Source: Candidatus Binatia bacterium
Lineage (GTDB): Bacteria > Desulfobacterota > Binatia > UBA9968 > CAXXLF01
Length of the DNA stretch: 64,000 nucleotides
Assembly (NCBI GenBank): GCA_963664015.2
Contig: CAXXLF010000001.1
Location: 992,001 to 1,056,000 of the forward strand
Direction: 5' to 3'
Program-made: the position numbers and the translations under genes
Notes under the pieces: model-generated
Told to the model about the DNA's origin: nothing
What the model saw: only the letters and a program-made list of their open reading frames with translations
Database searches by the model: none
Shown here: positions 1-10,273 of the stretch, one piece after another
Position numbering within the stretch: the stretch's first letter is position 1
Layout of the letters: each line of letters starts with the position of its first letter

Positions 1-690
1 ACTATCCGATGACGAGAGAAACAGCACCGTTCCGGCAAGATCCGACTCGACTTGTGTACGCTTGAAGCACCGCTGCTCATTGGTCTTTTGCACCTGTTGG
101 GCGCCTACGTGGCGCCCTTCCGTCACCACAAACCCGGGGGCAACCGTATTGACACAGATCCCGTAGTCTCCCAACTCCCGCGCCATGGCCCGAGTCATGG
201 CAATAACCGCCCCTTTAGAAGAAACGTAATGAATGTAATTGGGATTACCATTGAGAGCTACTCCTGAAGCGATGTTAATTATTTTGCCTTTGGGTTGCTG
301 CTTCATGTAAGGGAAGACGGACTTCGCACACAGCCAGACTCCTCGCACATTGACTGCCATGGCCTTGTCGAATTCATCCACCGCCATCTCCCAAAAGGGA
401 CTCTTCTTGACGTTCATGAAATAGGCCGCGTTGTTCACCAGGATATCCACTCTACCGAATCGTTTAATGGTGGCTTCCACCATCGCCTTGACACTCGATT
501 CATCGGAAACATCGCACTCCACACTCATGGCCTCCCCACCCGCAGCCTGGACGGCCTCTACAGCGGCAGTTGCATTCACGACGTCGGGCAGGCACACTTT
601 CGCCCCCTCTTTAGCCAGAGTCAGCGCATAGACCTTCCCTATCTTGCCTCCCCCACCGGTAATAATGGCGACCTTGTCTTGCAAACGCAT
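1..690 (-). CDS. SDR family oxidoreductase (3' end beyond window start; absent from ORF track)
   Basis: Manual translation from ATG 690: MRLQDKVAIITGGGGKIG..., LVNNAA, YVSSK (YxxxK), VNTVAPG; GGAG RBS upstream; frame open to base 1. Confidence 0.9.
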   Translation of the reverse strand, partial: MRLQDKVAIITGGGGKIGKVYALTLAKEGAKVCLPDVVNATAAVEAVQAAGGEAMSVECDVSDESSVKAMVEATIKRFGRVDILVNNAAYFMNVKKSPFWEMAVDEFDKAMAVNVRGVWLCAKSVFPYMKQQPKGKIINIASGVALNGNPNYIHYVSSKGAVIAMTRAMARELGDYGICVNTVAPGFVVTEGRHVGAQQVQKTNEQRCFKRTQVESDLAGTVLFLSSSDS

Positions 691-755
691 TGTACACTCC
701 TTTCCTTGGAACCTATCGAATGTTTCGACTCCGGTATTTACGCTGGGACACCCAC

Positions 756-2024
756 TTAGTCCAACTTTCTAAGGGCTGGTACTCTTAGGGCAATGGCTGT
801 AGTCATCGCAATGATAACCACCCCAACGATTGACAGGGTGGCTGACATGCCGATTATCACGGCCATGATACCCACCGCCGGGCCATTGAAGATCTGTAAA
901 CCAAAGACCGACATGCTGTAAAGTCCCATCATGCGCCCTCGGACCGATTCGGGGGCTACGATGAGCAATAGCGTATTGATGGACGCCTGATGGATCACAA
1001 AGGCGGCACCGTACGCGACCAGAATAAGGGACGCGATTTCCACGGGAACGTACCAGGAGACACTGGCAAAAACGATAATAAAGAACGCATAAGCTAATGT
1101 AAAGCCGAGAACCACTCCCCCCTTGTGTGTCACCTGCCGCATGAATGAAAAGCCCAGTGCACCTAAAATCGCCCCAACTCCACCGGCGGCCAACAAAAAA
1201 CTATAACCCTGAGCCCCCAAGCCAAACGCCCTTTCCGCAAAAAAGGGAAGCATGGATTGGAAGCTGCTCCCGATGAGAATCGTGGGCGTAGCAGCTAAAC
1301 TGAGCAGACCCAAAGAGACGGGATTGGACCTTACATAACGAAACCCCTCCTTGAGGCTACGCCATGCCGACGGGGACTCTCCCTTAATCTCACGGGGATT
1401 TTCAACAATGCGCATCGTGGTCAGGGTCACGATAAGCGGCAAGAAGAGGACTCCAATAAGGAGGTAGGCCCACCCAACACCGCTACTGACAAGAGCCCAC
1501 CCGGCCAGGGGGGGGCCGATGACCATCAGGGAGTGGCGCGCTGAGGAGCTCAAACTGATGGCATTGAGCAACGCCTCCTTACCCACCATATTATGGACCA
1601 GCACCATGCGGCTTGGCTGACTCATACCCCCGCCGATGCCATGCAACACCAGCAAGCCCAAGACCATCCACAGCTGGATGGTTCCCGCAAGAACAAGCAA
1701 CCCCATAATGACGGCGGATGAAAGATAAAAAAACTCCGACGCGCGGACGAGCTTCCGATTGTTGACTCGATCGGCCCACACCCCGGCATGCAGACACAGA
1801 ATACTGAAGGGAAGCCAGTGACAGAAGTTGGCGATACCAAGCCAAAGGGGCGATTTGGTCATTTCCCAAACCAGCCAGTTTCGAACAACGGCTTCGGAAA
1901 TATCACCTAGCGCGGAGCTGACCGTCGCCAGCCAATAGAGACGGAAGGTCCGATTGTGAAGCGCCGCAAACCTTAGCATGGGTTCCGATTTTACGGCGAC
2001 CGTATGAGATACCGTTGTTGCCAT
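756..2024 (-). CDS. MFS transporter (MFS_3/DUF894-like)
   Basis: 422 aa, about 12 hydrophobic segments, GVWADRVNNRK motif A, PESVRGR near C-terminus. Confidence 0.88.
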   Translation of the reverse strand: MATTVSHTVAVKSEPMLRFAALHNRTFRLYWLATVSSALGDISEAVVRNWLVWEMTKSPLWLGIANFCHWLPFSILCLHAGVWADRVNNRKLVRASEFFYLSSAVIMGLLVLAGTIQLWMVLGLLVLHGIGGGMSQPSRMVLVHNMVGKEALLNAISLSSSARHSLMVIGPPLAGWALVSSGVGWAYLLIGVLFLPLIVTLTTMRIVENPREIKGESPSAWRSLKEGFRYVRSNPVSLGLLSLAATPTILIGSSFQSMLPFFAERAFGLGAQGYSFLLAAGGVGAILGALGFSFMRQVTHKGGVVLGFTLAYAFFIIVFASVSWYVPVEIASLILVAYGAAFVIHQASINTLLLIVAPESVRGRMMGLYSMSVFGLQIFNGPAVGIMAVIIGMSATLSIVGVVIIAMTTAIALRVPALRKLD

Positions 2025-2249
2025 TTAAATTCTCTTAACTTGACTGAAGAAAGGCAATGAACGAAGCACCCGCTGAACTTATATCCCTCGAAGAGCCAAA
2101 GTCAAACATGGAGTCCGTTAAGGGGGTTATAGGTCGAAACAGAAGCTAGGCACTTCGTTCTACCGAGACTGAAACACAATTTACCAAAGATCGCGGAGGC
2201 TATTCTTTTGACACCGCGTATCCTTTTTATATATCCTCTGAGTTCCTCC

Positions 2250-3545
2250 ATGGAAACACAACTTCGAGACTCTAATCCGGATTCTCCCGCCGAACCGCGC
2301 ACCTGGTTCTATGGCTGGATCGTCATTGCTGTTTGCACGGCGGTCATATTTGTTGTCACGGGGACCAGAAGCTCCTTCGGAGCCTTCTTTAAAGCGATGC
2401 AATCGGACCTGGACTGGGACCGGGGAACCACCGCTGGGGCCGCCGCCATCAGCACTGCCGCTTGGGCCTTATCCCTACCCGTCATAGGACGGCTGGTCGA
2501 CCGCTACGGTGCCAAGTTGGTTATGACCACGAGCCTCGTGCTTATGATCGGTTCTGTCGTTCCCATGTTCTGGGTTGATTCCCTTTGGGCACTCTACCTA
2601 TTTTATGGTGTGTTGCCGGGGATCGCCTCATCGGGAGCGAGCATGATACCGGCGGCGCATCTAATTGGCCGATGGTTTCACAAGCGCGCAGGAATCGCTT
2701 CGGGCATTGCTTCCTCTGCGGTCCCCCTCGGATGGGCTATTTTCGCCCCCCTTGCGGCAATGCTGGTCCCACTCTTGGGATGGCGACTGTCCTATATCGC
2801 ACTTAGTGTCTGTCTACTGGTTGTATTACCATGTGTAATCTTCTTCCTACGGAATGCGCCCCGTCCCGGCGAAGTTCCGGGTTCGGAAGGTTTGCCCACT
2901 TCGCGGAATGCGCCGCCCCAAGCAGGCTCGCCGTCTAATCGTCCAGCGACTTTGACGCTTCGGGCCGCTCTACGCACGCCTCTCTATCGTCTTTTACTCT
3001 TGAGCCAGATCAGCTGCGGCCTACTGGATCACTCCGTCGGGGTCCACTTCATTGCCTTTGTATCTGACAATGGCCAGACCGAGATCTTCGCCGCGCTGCT
3101 GATGGGAGCGACCAACCTAATCGCCGTTGGCGGCAGCCTGCTGGGCGGATGGTTGTGCGATCGCTTTAGCCGCAAGTCCGCCCTCTGTGTCATGCATGGA
3201 TTCAGGGTGATGGGATTTCCCATGCTGATCCTCTTTGGATTGACGGGCAGCGTCGTCTGGCTGTACCTGTTCACCACTCTTTATGGTGTAACGGTCATCA
3301 TGGGCTTTCCGCCCACCAGCCTGCTTATCGTGAAGATGTACGGACACCGTTCCGTGGGATCCTTGTACGGGAGCCTCCAGGTCATGCATCATCTAGGTAT
3401 GGCGGCAGGAGCCTATTTTGCCGGTGCCGTATTTGATCGGTTTGGGAGTTACTATCCCGTCTTCGCCGTGGCCACGGTCATTGCGGCCGTTGCTACGTTG
3501 GGGATGTTTCAAATCGACGAGGAACGCCGACCTTACACCGAGTAG
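2250..3545 (+). CDS. MFS transporter (OFA/monocarboxylate-like)
   Basis: FYGWIVI N-terminus, GRLVDRYGAK and GWLCDRFSRK motifs; ATG 2250 preferred over TTG 2208. Confidence 0.88.
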   Translation: METQLRDSNPDSPAEPRTWFYGWIVIAVCTAVIFVVTGTRSSFGAFFKAMQSDLDWDRGTTAGAAAISTAAWALSLPVIGRLVDRYGAKLVMTTSLVLMIGSVVPMFWVDSLWALYLFYGVLPGIASSGASMIPAAHLIGRWFHKRAGIASGIASSAVPLGWAIFAPLAAMLVPLLGWRLSYIALSVCLLVVLPCVIFFLRNAPRPGEVPGSEGLPTSRNAPPQAGSPSNRPATLTLRAALRTPLYRLLLLSQISCGLLDHSVGVHFIAFVSDNGQTEIFAALLMGATNLIAVGGSLLGGWLCDRFSRKSALCVMHGFRVMGFPMLILFGLTGSVVWLYLFTTLYGVTVIMGFPPTSLLIVKMYGHRSVGSLYGSLQVMHHLGMAAGAYFAGAVFDRFGSYYPVFAVATVIAAVATLGMFQIDEERRPYTE

Positions 3546-3608
3546 CCGATCTTGGGCACCCTCGAAGCGAGCCGGCGTATTTTATGGACTGGGTGTAAAA
3601 CGAACCCG

Positions 3609-4448
3609 CTATTTCCCTGGCCCAAGGACTCTGTTCAGGAGCTGCTGGGCAAGGGCAAGCCCAGGCATAGAGGTTCCCAACTCGTGGCCTAGTTCGATGG
3701 CTGGCACGACCCCCTTATAGAAGAGTTCCATCTGATGGGGACCCGCGGCCTTTTGTTCTTTCACAAAACGCAACCAGTTGTCGGCGATGGCGCTCTGACC
3801 GGTGCTCACCCGCACCAGTTCCTGGAACGTCTCCAGGCGGATGCCCCCCTTCTCCGCCAATTGCATCCCTTCACAGGCCGACATCATATTGATCAGCACC
3901 ATGGTTTGCTGTGCCAATTTCGTAATCGAGCCAGTTCCAAGATCGCCCATGTGAAGGATGTGGCGGCCCGAGGCCGCAAGGACAGGTTGGCATTTGTCAA
4001 AAGACGACTTATCCCCGCCGACCATAAAGCAGAGACTCTGGGCGCGGGCCCCACGATTGCCGCCACTCATCTGAGCATCCACCACATCCACCCCCTTGGC
4101 CCTTGCTAGCGGGGCTATTTTTTTGGGTGTATTGGGGTGAATGGTACTGTGAATGGCGATCACACTTCCCCGATTGGCCCCGGCCAGTACGCCGTTATCT
4201 TCCCCGAGGACGACTTCTTCGACCTGAGCATCATCGACGACTGCGATCTCAACCACCTCCGCATACTGACCGATCTCGCGGGGAGAACGGGCAATGGCCG
4301 CGCCCAACTCCGCCATCTCTTTTAAAGGTCCCTCCCTCACGTCGTAAACCATCAAATCAAATCCGGCCTTGATCACATTGGTAGCCATCGCCTTACCCAT
4401 GTTACCCAGACCGATAAAGCCAACTTTTTTTACCAACGTTTTCTCCAC
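3609..4448 (-). CDS. NAD(P)-dependent beta-hydroxyacid dehydrogenase family (HIBADH/GarR-like), copy B
   Basis: GFIGLGNMG, DAQMSGG, FMVGG, catalytic Lys in GSITKLAQQ. Confidence 0.88.
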   Translation of the reverse strand: MEKTLVKKVGFIGLGNMGKAMATNVIKAGFDLMVYDVREGPLKEMAELGAAIARSPREIGQYAEVVEIAVVDDAQVEEVVLGEDNGVLAGANRGSVIAIHSTIHPNTPKKIAPLARAKGVDVVDAQMSGGNRGARAQSLCFMVGGDKSSFDKCQPVLAASGRHILHMGDLGTGSITKLAQQTMVLINMMSACEGMQLAEKGGIRLETFQELVRVSTGQSAIADNWLRFVKEQKAAGPHQMELFYKGVVPAIELGHELGTSMPGLALAQQLLNRVLGPGK

Positions 4449-4484
4449 CGCCTCCCATTCATAGGGTTCATTACTGTATTCATA

Positions 4485-5672
4485 CTAGGAGGCCTTGGGG
4501 GCTGCTAGCTTACTCATCTCCGCTAGCCTCGCTGAAGTTCTCCATTGTTTCAGTGGCCGACCATCGGCGAGCGCCTTGAGTTCCCGTTGCCAGATTTTTC
4601 TTAACAAAAATACCCCGACATCCATGCGGCCCAAGTGCTCATCAGGACGCTCCTGCTTTTGTCCCTGCCCCACTTGAACGACATAGTCCTCAATCCAAAA
4701 GAGCTTATAAGTGGACAGGTTTTTATCAACATCCGCCAGAGTCATTTTGCCTGCAAGGATATCCTCAGCAACCTGGTTGAGCGGTGCTGTGGGTGCCTCC
4801 TCAGCCGTTCGCCGCCGCTTTCGGTAAGCCTCCCCCGCTTCGCCTGTGAGTGGCACCCTATCAACTACAAAACTCATACAGTTGCCATCATCGACGGGCA
4901 CGCGCCAGAAGAGACGATCCACCCATAGCTTGGCTGCGTCTTCCAAGGTCCCCTCAACCCTGGCCTGGGACCGGCTCTGGTTGGTGATGGGCATGTGAAA
5001 GTGAAGGTAAAAAGGATCTCGCCCCGCCACGCGATTGGCGGTGCGGACACCGTAGTCGGTCTCTTCCGAGGTTAGGGAGCGGACCGCTAGCTGCCGTTCC
5101 ATACCCTGCACACGCCGAATCGACTCGCGATGAGTAAATGCCACATGACCGGCATCGCACGCGTTATCGATTCGGTTGAAATAGTTACACGGCCAATACT
5201 CGGGAGCGCCCGCATCCAGGATCCCCGGCTCTTCGAAATCGGGATGCCTTCGCAGGGGGGGCGCATTCCCCTCGCCGATATAAACGAAAATCAGGCCCAG
5301 ATATTCACAGGTCGGGTAGGTTCGGACCTTGACCTGGCCAGCAGTGGAGTCATCCCCCCCGGGTTGCTCGACACACTGCCCCGATTCGTCATATCTCCAA
5401 CCGTGGTAGCGGCAACGGATGGAATTTCCTTCCACCCACCCTGCTGAAAGTTGGGTACCTCGATGGGGACAGTTGAAATCCACCAGATGGAGCTCCCCAG
5501 TCTCGCCACGGTAGAGTGTAAACTTTTCACTCATGATCTGGACCGGGACCGCCCGCTTGACCGTCAGATCTTTGGCCCGGTATATGGGATGCCAGAACGT
5601 TCTAAGATACCGACCGGCCAGTGTTCCAGGGCCCGTATGAATAAAATCCTCATAGTCCGGTAATGCTGCCAT
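4485..5672 (-). CDS. Rieske non-heme iron oxygenase (LigXa/phthalate 4,5-dioxygenase-like), copy B
   Basis: GPGTLAGRYLRTFWHP, CPHRG...CRYHGW Rieske motif, DNACDAGHVAFTH mononuclear site, WIEDY. Confidence 0.9.
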   Translation of the reverse strand: MAALPDYEDFIHTGPGTLAGRYLRTFWHPIYRAKDLTVKRAVPVQIMSEKFTLYRGETGELHLVDFNCPHRGTQLSAGWVEGNSIRCRYHGWRYDESGQCVEQPGGDDSTAGQVKVRTYPTCEYLGLIFVYIGEGNAPPLRRHPDFEEPGILDAGAPEYWPCNYFNRIDNACDAGHVAFTHRESIRRVQGMERQLAVRSLTSEETDYGVRTANRVAGRDPFYLHFHMPITNQSRSQARVEGTLEDAAKLWVDRLFWRVPVDDGNCMSFVVDRVPLTGEAGEAYRKRRRTAEEAPTAPLNQVAEDILAGKMTLADVDKNLSTYKLFWIEDYVVQVGQGQKQERPDEHLGRMDVGVFLLRKIWQRELKALADGRPLKQWRTSARLAEMSKLAAPKAS

Positions 5673-5769
5673 GGTTATGCCTCCTCGTTTCTTTTGCCAG
5701 CAACAATTTGCCGGTGCCTTCAGTGGCGTGCAAACACCCTTTGCCCATTCACGACAAGGGCTGCCAAGC

Positions 5770-6606
5770 TTACTTCTGCGGCACGCCGAGAATCTGGGTT
5801 AGCAGCTGCTGGGTTAAAGCCAGACCCGGGAGCGAGATGCCCAATTCATGACCCAATTCAATTGCGGGCTTGAGCCCTTTATAAAAAGCCATTAAACGAT
5901 CCTGCGCGTCTACAGGGTCCAAGGTGCCGATATGTCTATAGACGTCCCAGTTACTGGCCACATGGCTCCGACCGCTGCTGGCGTGAACAACTGCTTGCAG
6001 GACCTTGGGATCGAGACCTGCTTTCTCCCCCAGTGTCATCCCCTCATAGGTTGCAAGGCGGTTCATCATGACGATGGTCTGCTGAGCCGCTTTCGCCACG
6101 ACCCCCATCCCTAAAGAACCAACGTAGATGATCTCCTGCCCCGACGTGGCAAACACCGGCCTACAAAGTTCGAAATGTTCCTTTTCTCCTCCCACCATGT
6201 AGCAGAGGGTCTTGGCCCGTGCTCCCCGCTCGCCGCCACTGACCGCAGCATCCACTACATGCACGCCCTTTTTCCCGGCCAGCTCGGCGACTTTTTTAAC
6301 TGTTTTGGGATGAATGGTGCTGTGAATAGCGATGATGGTCCCGGGACTCGCCCCCTCGAGGATCCCCGCCTTTCCTGCAACCACCGTTTCCACTTGGGCA
6401 TCGTCAACTACGGACAACTCAATCAGTTGGGCATGCTTCCCGACCTCCATGGGGGACCCGGCCCGTTTGGCTCCCAATGCGGCGAGTTCCTTCATTGGAT
6501 CTTCCCTGAGGTCGAAAATCATGAGATCCAAACCCGCCTTAAGAACGTTGGCCGCAATGGGCTTGCCCATGTTACCGATACCGATATAACCGGTTTTAGT
6601 GATCAT
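5770..6606 (-). CDS. NAD(P)-dependent beta-hydroxyacid dehydrogenase family, copy A
   Basis: GYIGIGNMG, DAAVSGG, YMVGG, GVVAKAAQQ; clear paralog of 3609-4448. Confidence 0.88.
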   Translation of the reverse strand: MITKTGYIGIGNMGKPIAANVLKAGLDLMIFDLREDPMKELAALGAKRAGSPMEVGKHAQLIELSVVDDAQVETVVAGKAGILEGASPGTIIAIHSTIHPKTVKKVAELAGKKGVHVVDAAVSGGERGARAKTLCYMVGGEKEHFELCRPVFATSGQEIIYVGSLGMGVVAKAAQQTIVMMNRLATYEGMTLGEKAGLDPKVLQAVVHASSGRSHVASNWDVYRHIGTLDPVDAQDRLMAFYKGLKPAIELGHELGISLPGLALTQQLLTQILGVPQK

Positions 6607-6664
6607 CCTTTGTTTCCCTATCTCTAGCTAAATGAAAAAGCTTTCCCGAATTGCGCGAGCCCTG

Positions 6665-7822
6665 TCAAACCTGACCCGAATCCCCCAGCTTCTCCGGAAC
6701 CTTCCACTGTTTGAGCGGTTTTCCTTCCGCGAGGGCCTGTAACTCCCTTCCCCAGAGTTTTCTCAGCAAGAACACGCCAACGTCCATACGGCCGATCTTG
6801 TCTTGATTACGGTCGGGGATTTCGCCCTGCCCTACCTGTACGATATAGTCCTCCAAGCTGGTCAGGTTTTTGAGATTGGCCTGCTCTCTGACTTCGCTCA
6901 TACGTATCTTACCGGCCAGGATCTCCTCGCCCAGATCGGTGTGCGAATCCGTCGTCGCCATGTTGGCCCGGCGGCGGCGTTCCTGGTACTTGACGGCCAC
7001 CTCCCCGCTCAAATGGGCAAAATCGATGGGAAAGCTTACGCAGTGTTCGTCATCGACTGGTACTCGGATGAGCAGACGGTCCAGGTAGTCGTTGGAGAAT
7101 CCACTCTCCGGGTCTCTAATCGCCAAATAGGTCCTGAAGTGATTGGTGTTGGGCATATGGAAGTGAAGCGTGGCAACGGGTTTCCCTCCCTGAAAAACAT
7201 TGGTTCTGATCCCGTATTGGGTTTCTTCAGCAGATAACACAGGAGTCTCCAGGGATTGTCCGACCGCTTCCCTTGACTCACGGTGAGCAAATCTCACATG
7301 GCCGACGTCACAAGCGTTGTCTATGCGGTTGAAGTAGTTGCAGGGCCAATATTCCGGGGTATAGACTTCGAGGATGCCATCCCCTTCGAGCTCAGGATAG
7401 CGCCGAAGCGGAGGGGGATCGCCCTCACCGAAATAAGCGAATATCAGTCCTAAATATTCCTGTACCGGCCAGCTTTTAATTTTGACCTTGGCCGCGGAGC
7501 CTTCCTCCTCACCGGGTTGTTCCACGCACTGTCCCGATCCCTCGTATCTCCACCCATGGTAGCGACAGCGAATACTTTCCCCCTCGACCCAACCGGTCGA
7601 AAGCTGGGTTCCCCGATGGGCGCACCGGAAAGCCACCAGATGGGGCACGCCGTTCTCCCCTCTGTAGAGAGTAAATCTTTCGCTCATGAGTTGTATCGGC
7701 ACCATCTTTCCAGACGACAAATCCTCTGCGCGATAGACGGGCTGCCAGAACATCCTCAGGTAGCGTCCACCCAGTGTACCCGGCCCCGTATGGACGAAAT
7801 CGATCCCGTTGTAAGTCATCAT
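6665..7822 (-). CDS. Rieske non-heme iron oxygenase (LigXa-like), copy A
   Basis: GPGTLGGRYLRMFWQP, CAHRG...CRYHGW, DNACDVGHVRFAH; paralog of 4485-5672. Confidence 0.9.
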   Translation of the reverse strand: MMTYNGIDFVHTGPGTLGGRYLRMFWQPVYRAEDLSSGKMVPIQLMSERFTLYRGENGVPHLVAFRCAHRGTQLSTGWVEGESIRCRYHGWRYEGSGQCVEQPGEEEGSAAKVKIKSWPVQEYLGLIFAYFGEGDPPPLRRYPELEGDGILEVYTPEYWPCNYFNRIDNACDVGHVRFAHRESREAVGQSLETPVLSAEETQYGIRTNVFQGGKPVATLHFHMPNTNHFRTYLAIRDPESGFSNDYLDRLLIRVPVDDEHCVSFPIDFAHLSGEVAVKYQERRRRANMATTDSHTDLGEEILAGKIRMSEVREQANLKNLTSLEDYIVQVGQGEIPDRNQDKIGRMDVGVFLLRKLWGRELQALAEGKPLKQWKVPEKLGDSGQV

Positions 7823-7839
7823 TTATCTGAAGTTCCCTT

Positions 7840-8388
7840 TCAGCCTCCCAATCCCAACGTCGCCGAAACCTTATTTCTGTCTTCCCAGTCGCTGGAGTCC
7901 TCCACATGATCGAACATATTTCCCAAGACGTTGGAAAAAGGGGCGTAGCGAAAGGCCATCCAACGGCATGGCGCGCCCTGGTTCTTACTGTAATGCTGGT
8001 GTTCGCAGCCGTTGGGCTTGACCGGCAAGACAATCAGATCCCATTTTTTCCAGTCTACCTTCGTTCCATCCACCACCGTGGAGCCCTCGCCTTCCAGGAT
8101 AAATAACTGGATTCCACCCTGATGGCGGTGCTTCCCAGAGTGCACCCGGAGGTCTTTAATGAAAACTGTCCAGTCCGTTGCCGCCGTATCCCCTCTTCCG
8201 TGCCAGGAAAGGAACTGCTTCGAGCACCCCATCCTTGTTTGCTGCATGGGACGCTCCTTGGCCTTGATCACGATCTTGCCTGTCTTGGCGCGTTCCCGTG
8301 CCTCCGCGTTGAGCCTCAAGGTGTCTTCGTAATGTTCCCCCTGGTCTTTCTGTACGGGTTCTTTTTCTCTAACCCTTTCTCTCTCCAT
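7840..8388 (-). CDS. cupin domain protein
   Basis: SGKHRHQGG..FILEGEGSTVVDG...WKKWDLIVLP...EHQH cupin motifs 1 and 2. Confidence 0.8.
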   Translation of the reverse strand: MERERVREKEPVQKDQGEHYEDTLRLNAEARERAKTGKIVIKAKERPMQQTRMGCSKQFLSWHGRGDTAATDWTVFIKDLRVHSGKHRHQGGIQLFILEGEGSTVVDGTKVDWKKWDLIVLPVKPNGCEHQHYSKNQGAPCRWMAFRYAPFSNVLGNMFDHVEDSSDWEDRNKVSATLGLGG

Positions 8389-8612
8389 AGCTCTTTCTCC
8401 TCTAGCCGCTTGTTATCGCTTGGCATCAGTTAAACAGGACCCCGTGCCCGAGTACAAAGGGCAACGTGTTCCGGATAACACGCGCGGCCTGACCGAGTCA
8501 AGGTAACCCGTGGACTTGGTAGCCGACATCAGGGGATTCTTGACATAGCATGCCAAGTCTGCTGTATTCAGGTTTCTTTCCCATACCGACTTCGAGAAAG
8601 GATTACGATTCC

Positions 8613-9407
8613 ATGGAAGATTTTGTCGCCCTCAGAAAACGGGCAAGTGAGATGTACGAGAAAAACACGTCACCCAGGCACTCCCCGTACTTTCCGCCTG
8701 CTCCGACCACGTTTCTCTCCCCGGAAGAGTTTCTGGCCCAGTTGGCTGAAGCGGTCTTTGTCAATTCTCCCAAAGTCCAGCACCCCTTTGTGGTCAAGCT
8801 GGTCAAAGGGGAGTGGAGCCTCAAACAGATTCAGGAATGGGCCAAGGAAGGGTACCACGACAAGGTCCAGACCATCCGCAACGATGCCATGATTGTCGCC
8901 ACGGCCCCGACCCTGGAAGAAATGAAGAAACAGGCAAGCGTCCTAGCCTGTGAGGTCGGAATCGAGAGCGGCGGCGAGCCCAGTCACCCGGAACTCTGGC
9001 TCCAATTCGGTGAGGCCATGGGGCTCACGAAACAAGAAATCATGAATTCCAAGCCCACGGCAATCACCGAGATCGTACTAACAGCGGAGCATGCCCGTTC
9101 CATGATGCAAAAGATCGGCGGTCTGCCGGCCAACCTGCGCTTGGGTGAACGGGTCACCTCCATCGTCTACTCAATCTGGGCGGAGGCCCTGAGGAAGAAT
9201 TACAACGTGTCCAAGGAAGGGGTCTCTTTCTTTACCTCCCATGAAGAGGCCGACGAAGACCACAGCGACATCGGCAAGCAGATCGTGCTCTCCCGTGCAA
9301 CGACTCGGGAGGCGCAATTGGAGATGTGGCACCATCAGGAGCGCTCCGGTGCCCGGCAATGGGTCAGCTACGACGGCTACTACCAAGCCGCCACGCGGGT
9401 CCAGTAG
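8613..9407 (+). CDS. heme-oxygenase-like diiron protein (CADD/PqqC/TenA superfamily)
   Basis: HPFV, E..(x)..HPELWLQFGEAMGL, GE, FFTSHEEADEDH match CADD-type ligand spacing; ATG 8613 has AAAGGA RBS (track start 8550). Confidence 0.8.
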   Translation: MEDFVALRKRASEMYEKNTSPRHSPYFPPAPTTFLSPEEFLAQLAEAVFVNSPKVQHPFVVKLVKGEWSLKQIQEWAKEGYHDKVQTIRNDAMIVATAPTLEEMKKQASVLACEVGIESGGEPSHPELWLQFGEAMGLTKQEIMNSKPTAITEIVLTAEHARSMMQKIGGLPANLRLGERVTSIVYSIWAEALRKNYNVSKEGVSFFTSHEEADEDHSDIGKQIVLSRATTREAQLEMWHHQERSGARQWVSYDGYYQAATRVQ

Positions 9408-9430
9408 AATTCTGAACCCTACAAACCGCC

Positions 9431-10273
9431 CTAGGAAGCAGTTCGCCAAGAATAACACGGTTGCCAATGGAGCATTCGTTTTGCCTTCTCGTTGGATACG
9501 CCGGACCGGGTCCCCGTTAAGTCTTTTGCCATAGGGCCCAGATCGGGCATTAAGCGCGGCAAGAGATCACACAAGGGCTCACTGCTAACGCTATCGTCTG
9601 CAACGATGTAAAAGACCTCATGGTTCAACCCAGGCACCTCCACCGCCTGTCGGTATGCGGTGGCGAGATCCCGGACATCGATATAGGCGAAGACATCAAA
9701 CCTCTGGGGTTTCCGCCCCCCTTGGGTCCGTAGCCGATCGCTTTCCTCCGGGATCATGACCCACGCAGGGCGCAGGGCAATTGTCTCCATGCCGCATTTT
9801 AAAGTATAACCGCGGGCCACCGCCTCCCCACAGAGCTTGGAGAGTCCATAGGGATCCTGCGGTGAGACCGGGTGTTCTTCATCAATGGGTAGATACTCAG
9901 GCCGCAACTCTCGCGTTCGGTAGGTCCAACCGACTATGGCGCCACTGCTCGTCGAGACTACACGTCTGATGCCCAGGCAGGCCGCCGCCTCATGGACATT
10001 ATAGGTACCCACCGTATTAGTACGGAATAGAACGTGATTAGGTGCCTCCCGGTAAGGCATGGCGAAGGCCGCCAAATGCACGACCGCGTCGGCGCCGAGC
10101 AAAACACTCATGACGTCGCCGAAGTCTTCGATATCGCCTCTCACCCATTGACAACCCTCGGCGGGTGGCGGCGGGACCCGATCAAAGACAGTAACTTGGT
10201 GCGAAGCCCCTAACAGTTCCCGGACAACGTATTGCCCTATCTTCCCCGATCCTCCAGTAACAACAACCTTCAA
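9431..10273 (-). CDS. NAD-dependent epimerase/dehydratase (extended SDR)
   Basis: VTGGSGKIG, VVHLAA, YGLSK. Confidence 0.88.
   Translation of the reverse strand: MKVVVTGGSGKIGQYVVRELLGASHQVTVFDRVPPPPAEGCQWVRGDIEDFGDVMSVLLGADAVVHLAAFAMPYREAPNHVLFRTNTVGTYNVHEAAACLGIRRVVSTSSGAIVGWTYRTRELRPEYLPIDEEHPVSPQDPYGLSKLCGEAVARGYTLKCGMETIALRPAWVMIPEESDRLRTQGGRKPQRFDVFAYIDVRDLATAYRQAVEVPGLNHEVFYIVADDSVSSEPLCDLLPRLMPDLGPMAKDLTGTRSGVSNEKAKRMLHWQPCYSWRTAS

Noticed and set aside
52-759. Plus-strand ORFs 52-267, 295-759 and 431-631
   Set aside because: Antisense shadows of the minus-strand SDR at 1-690
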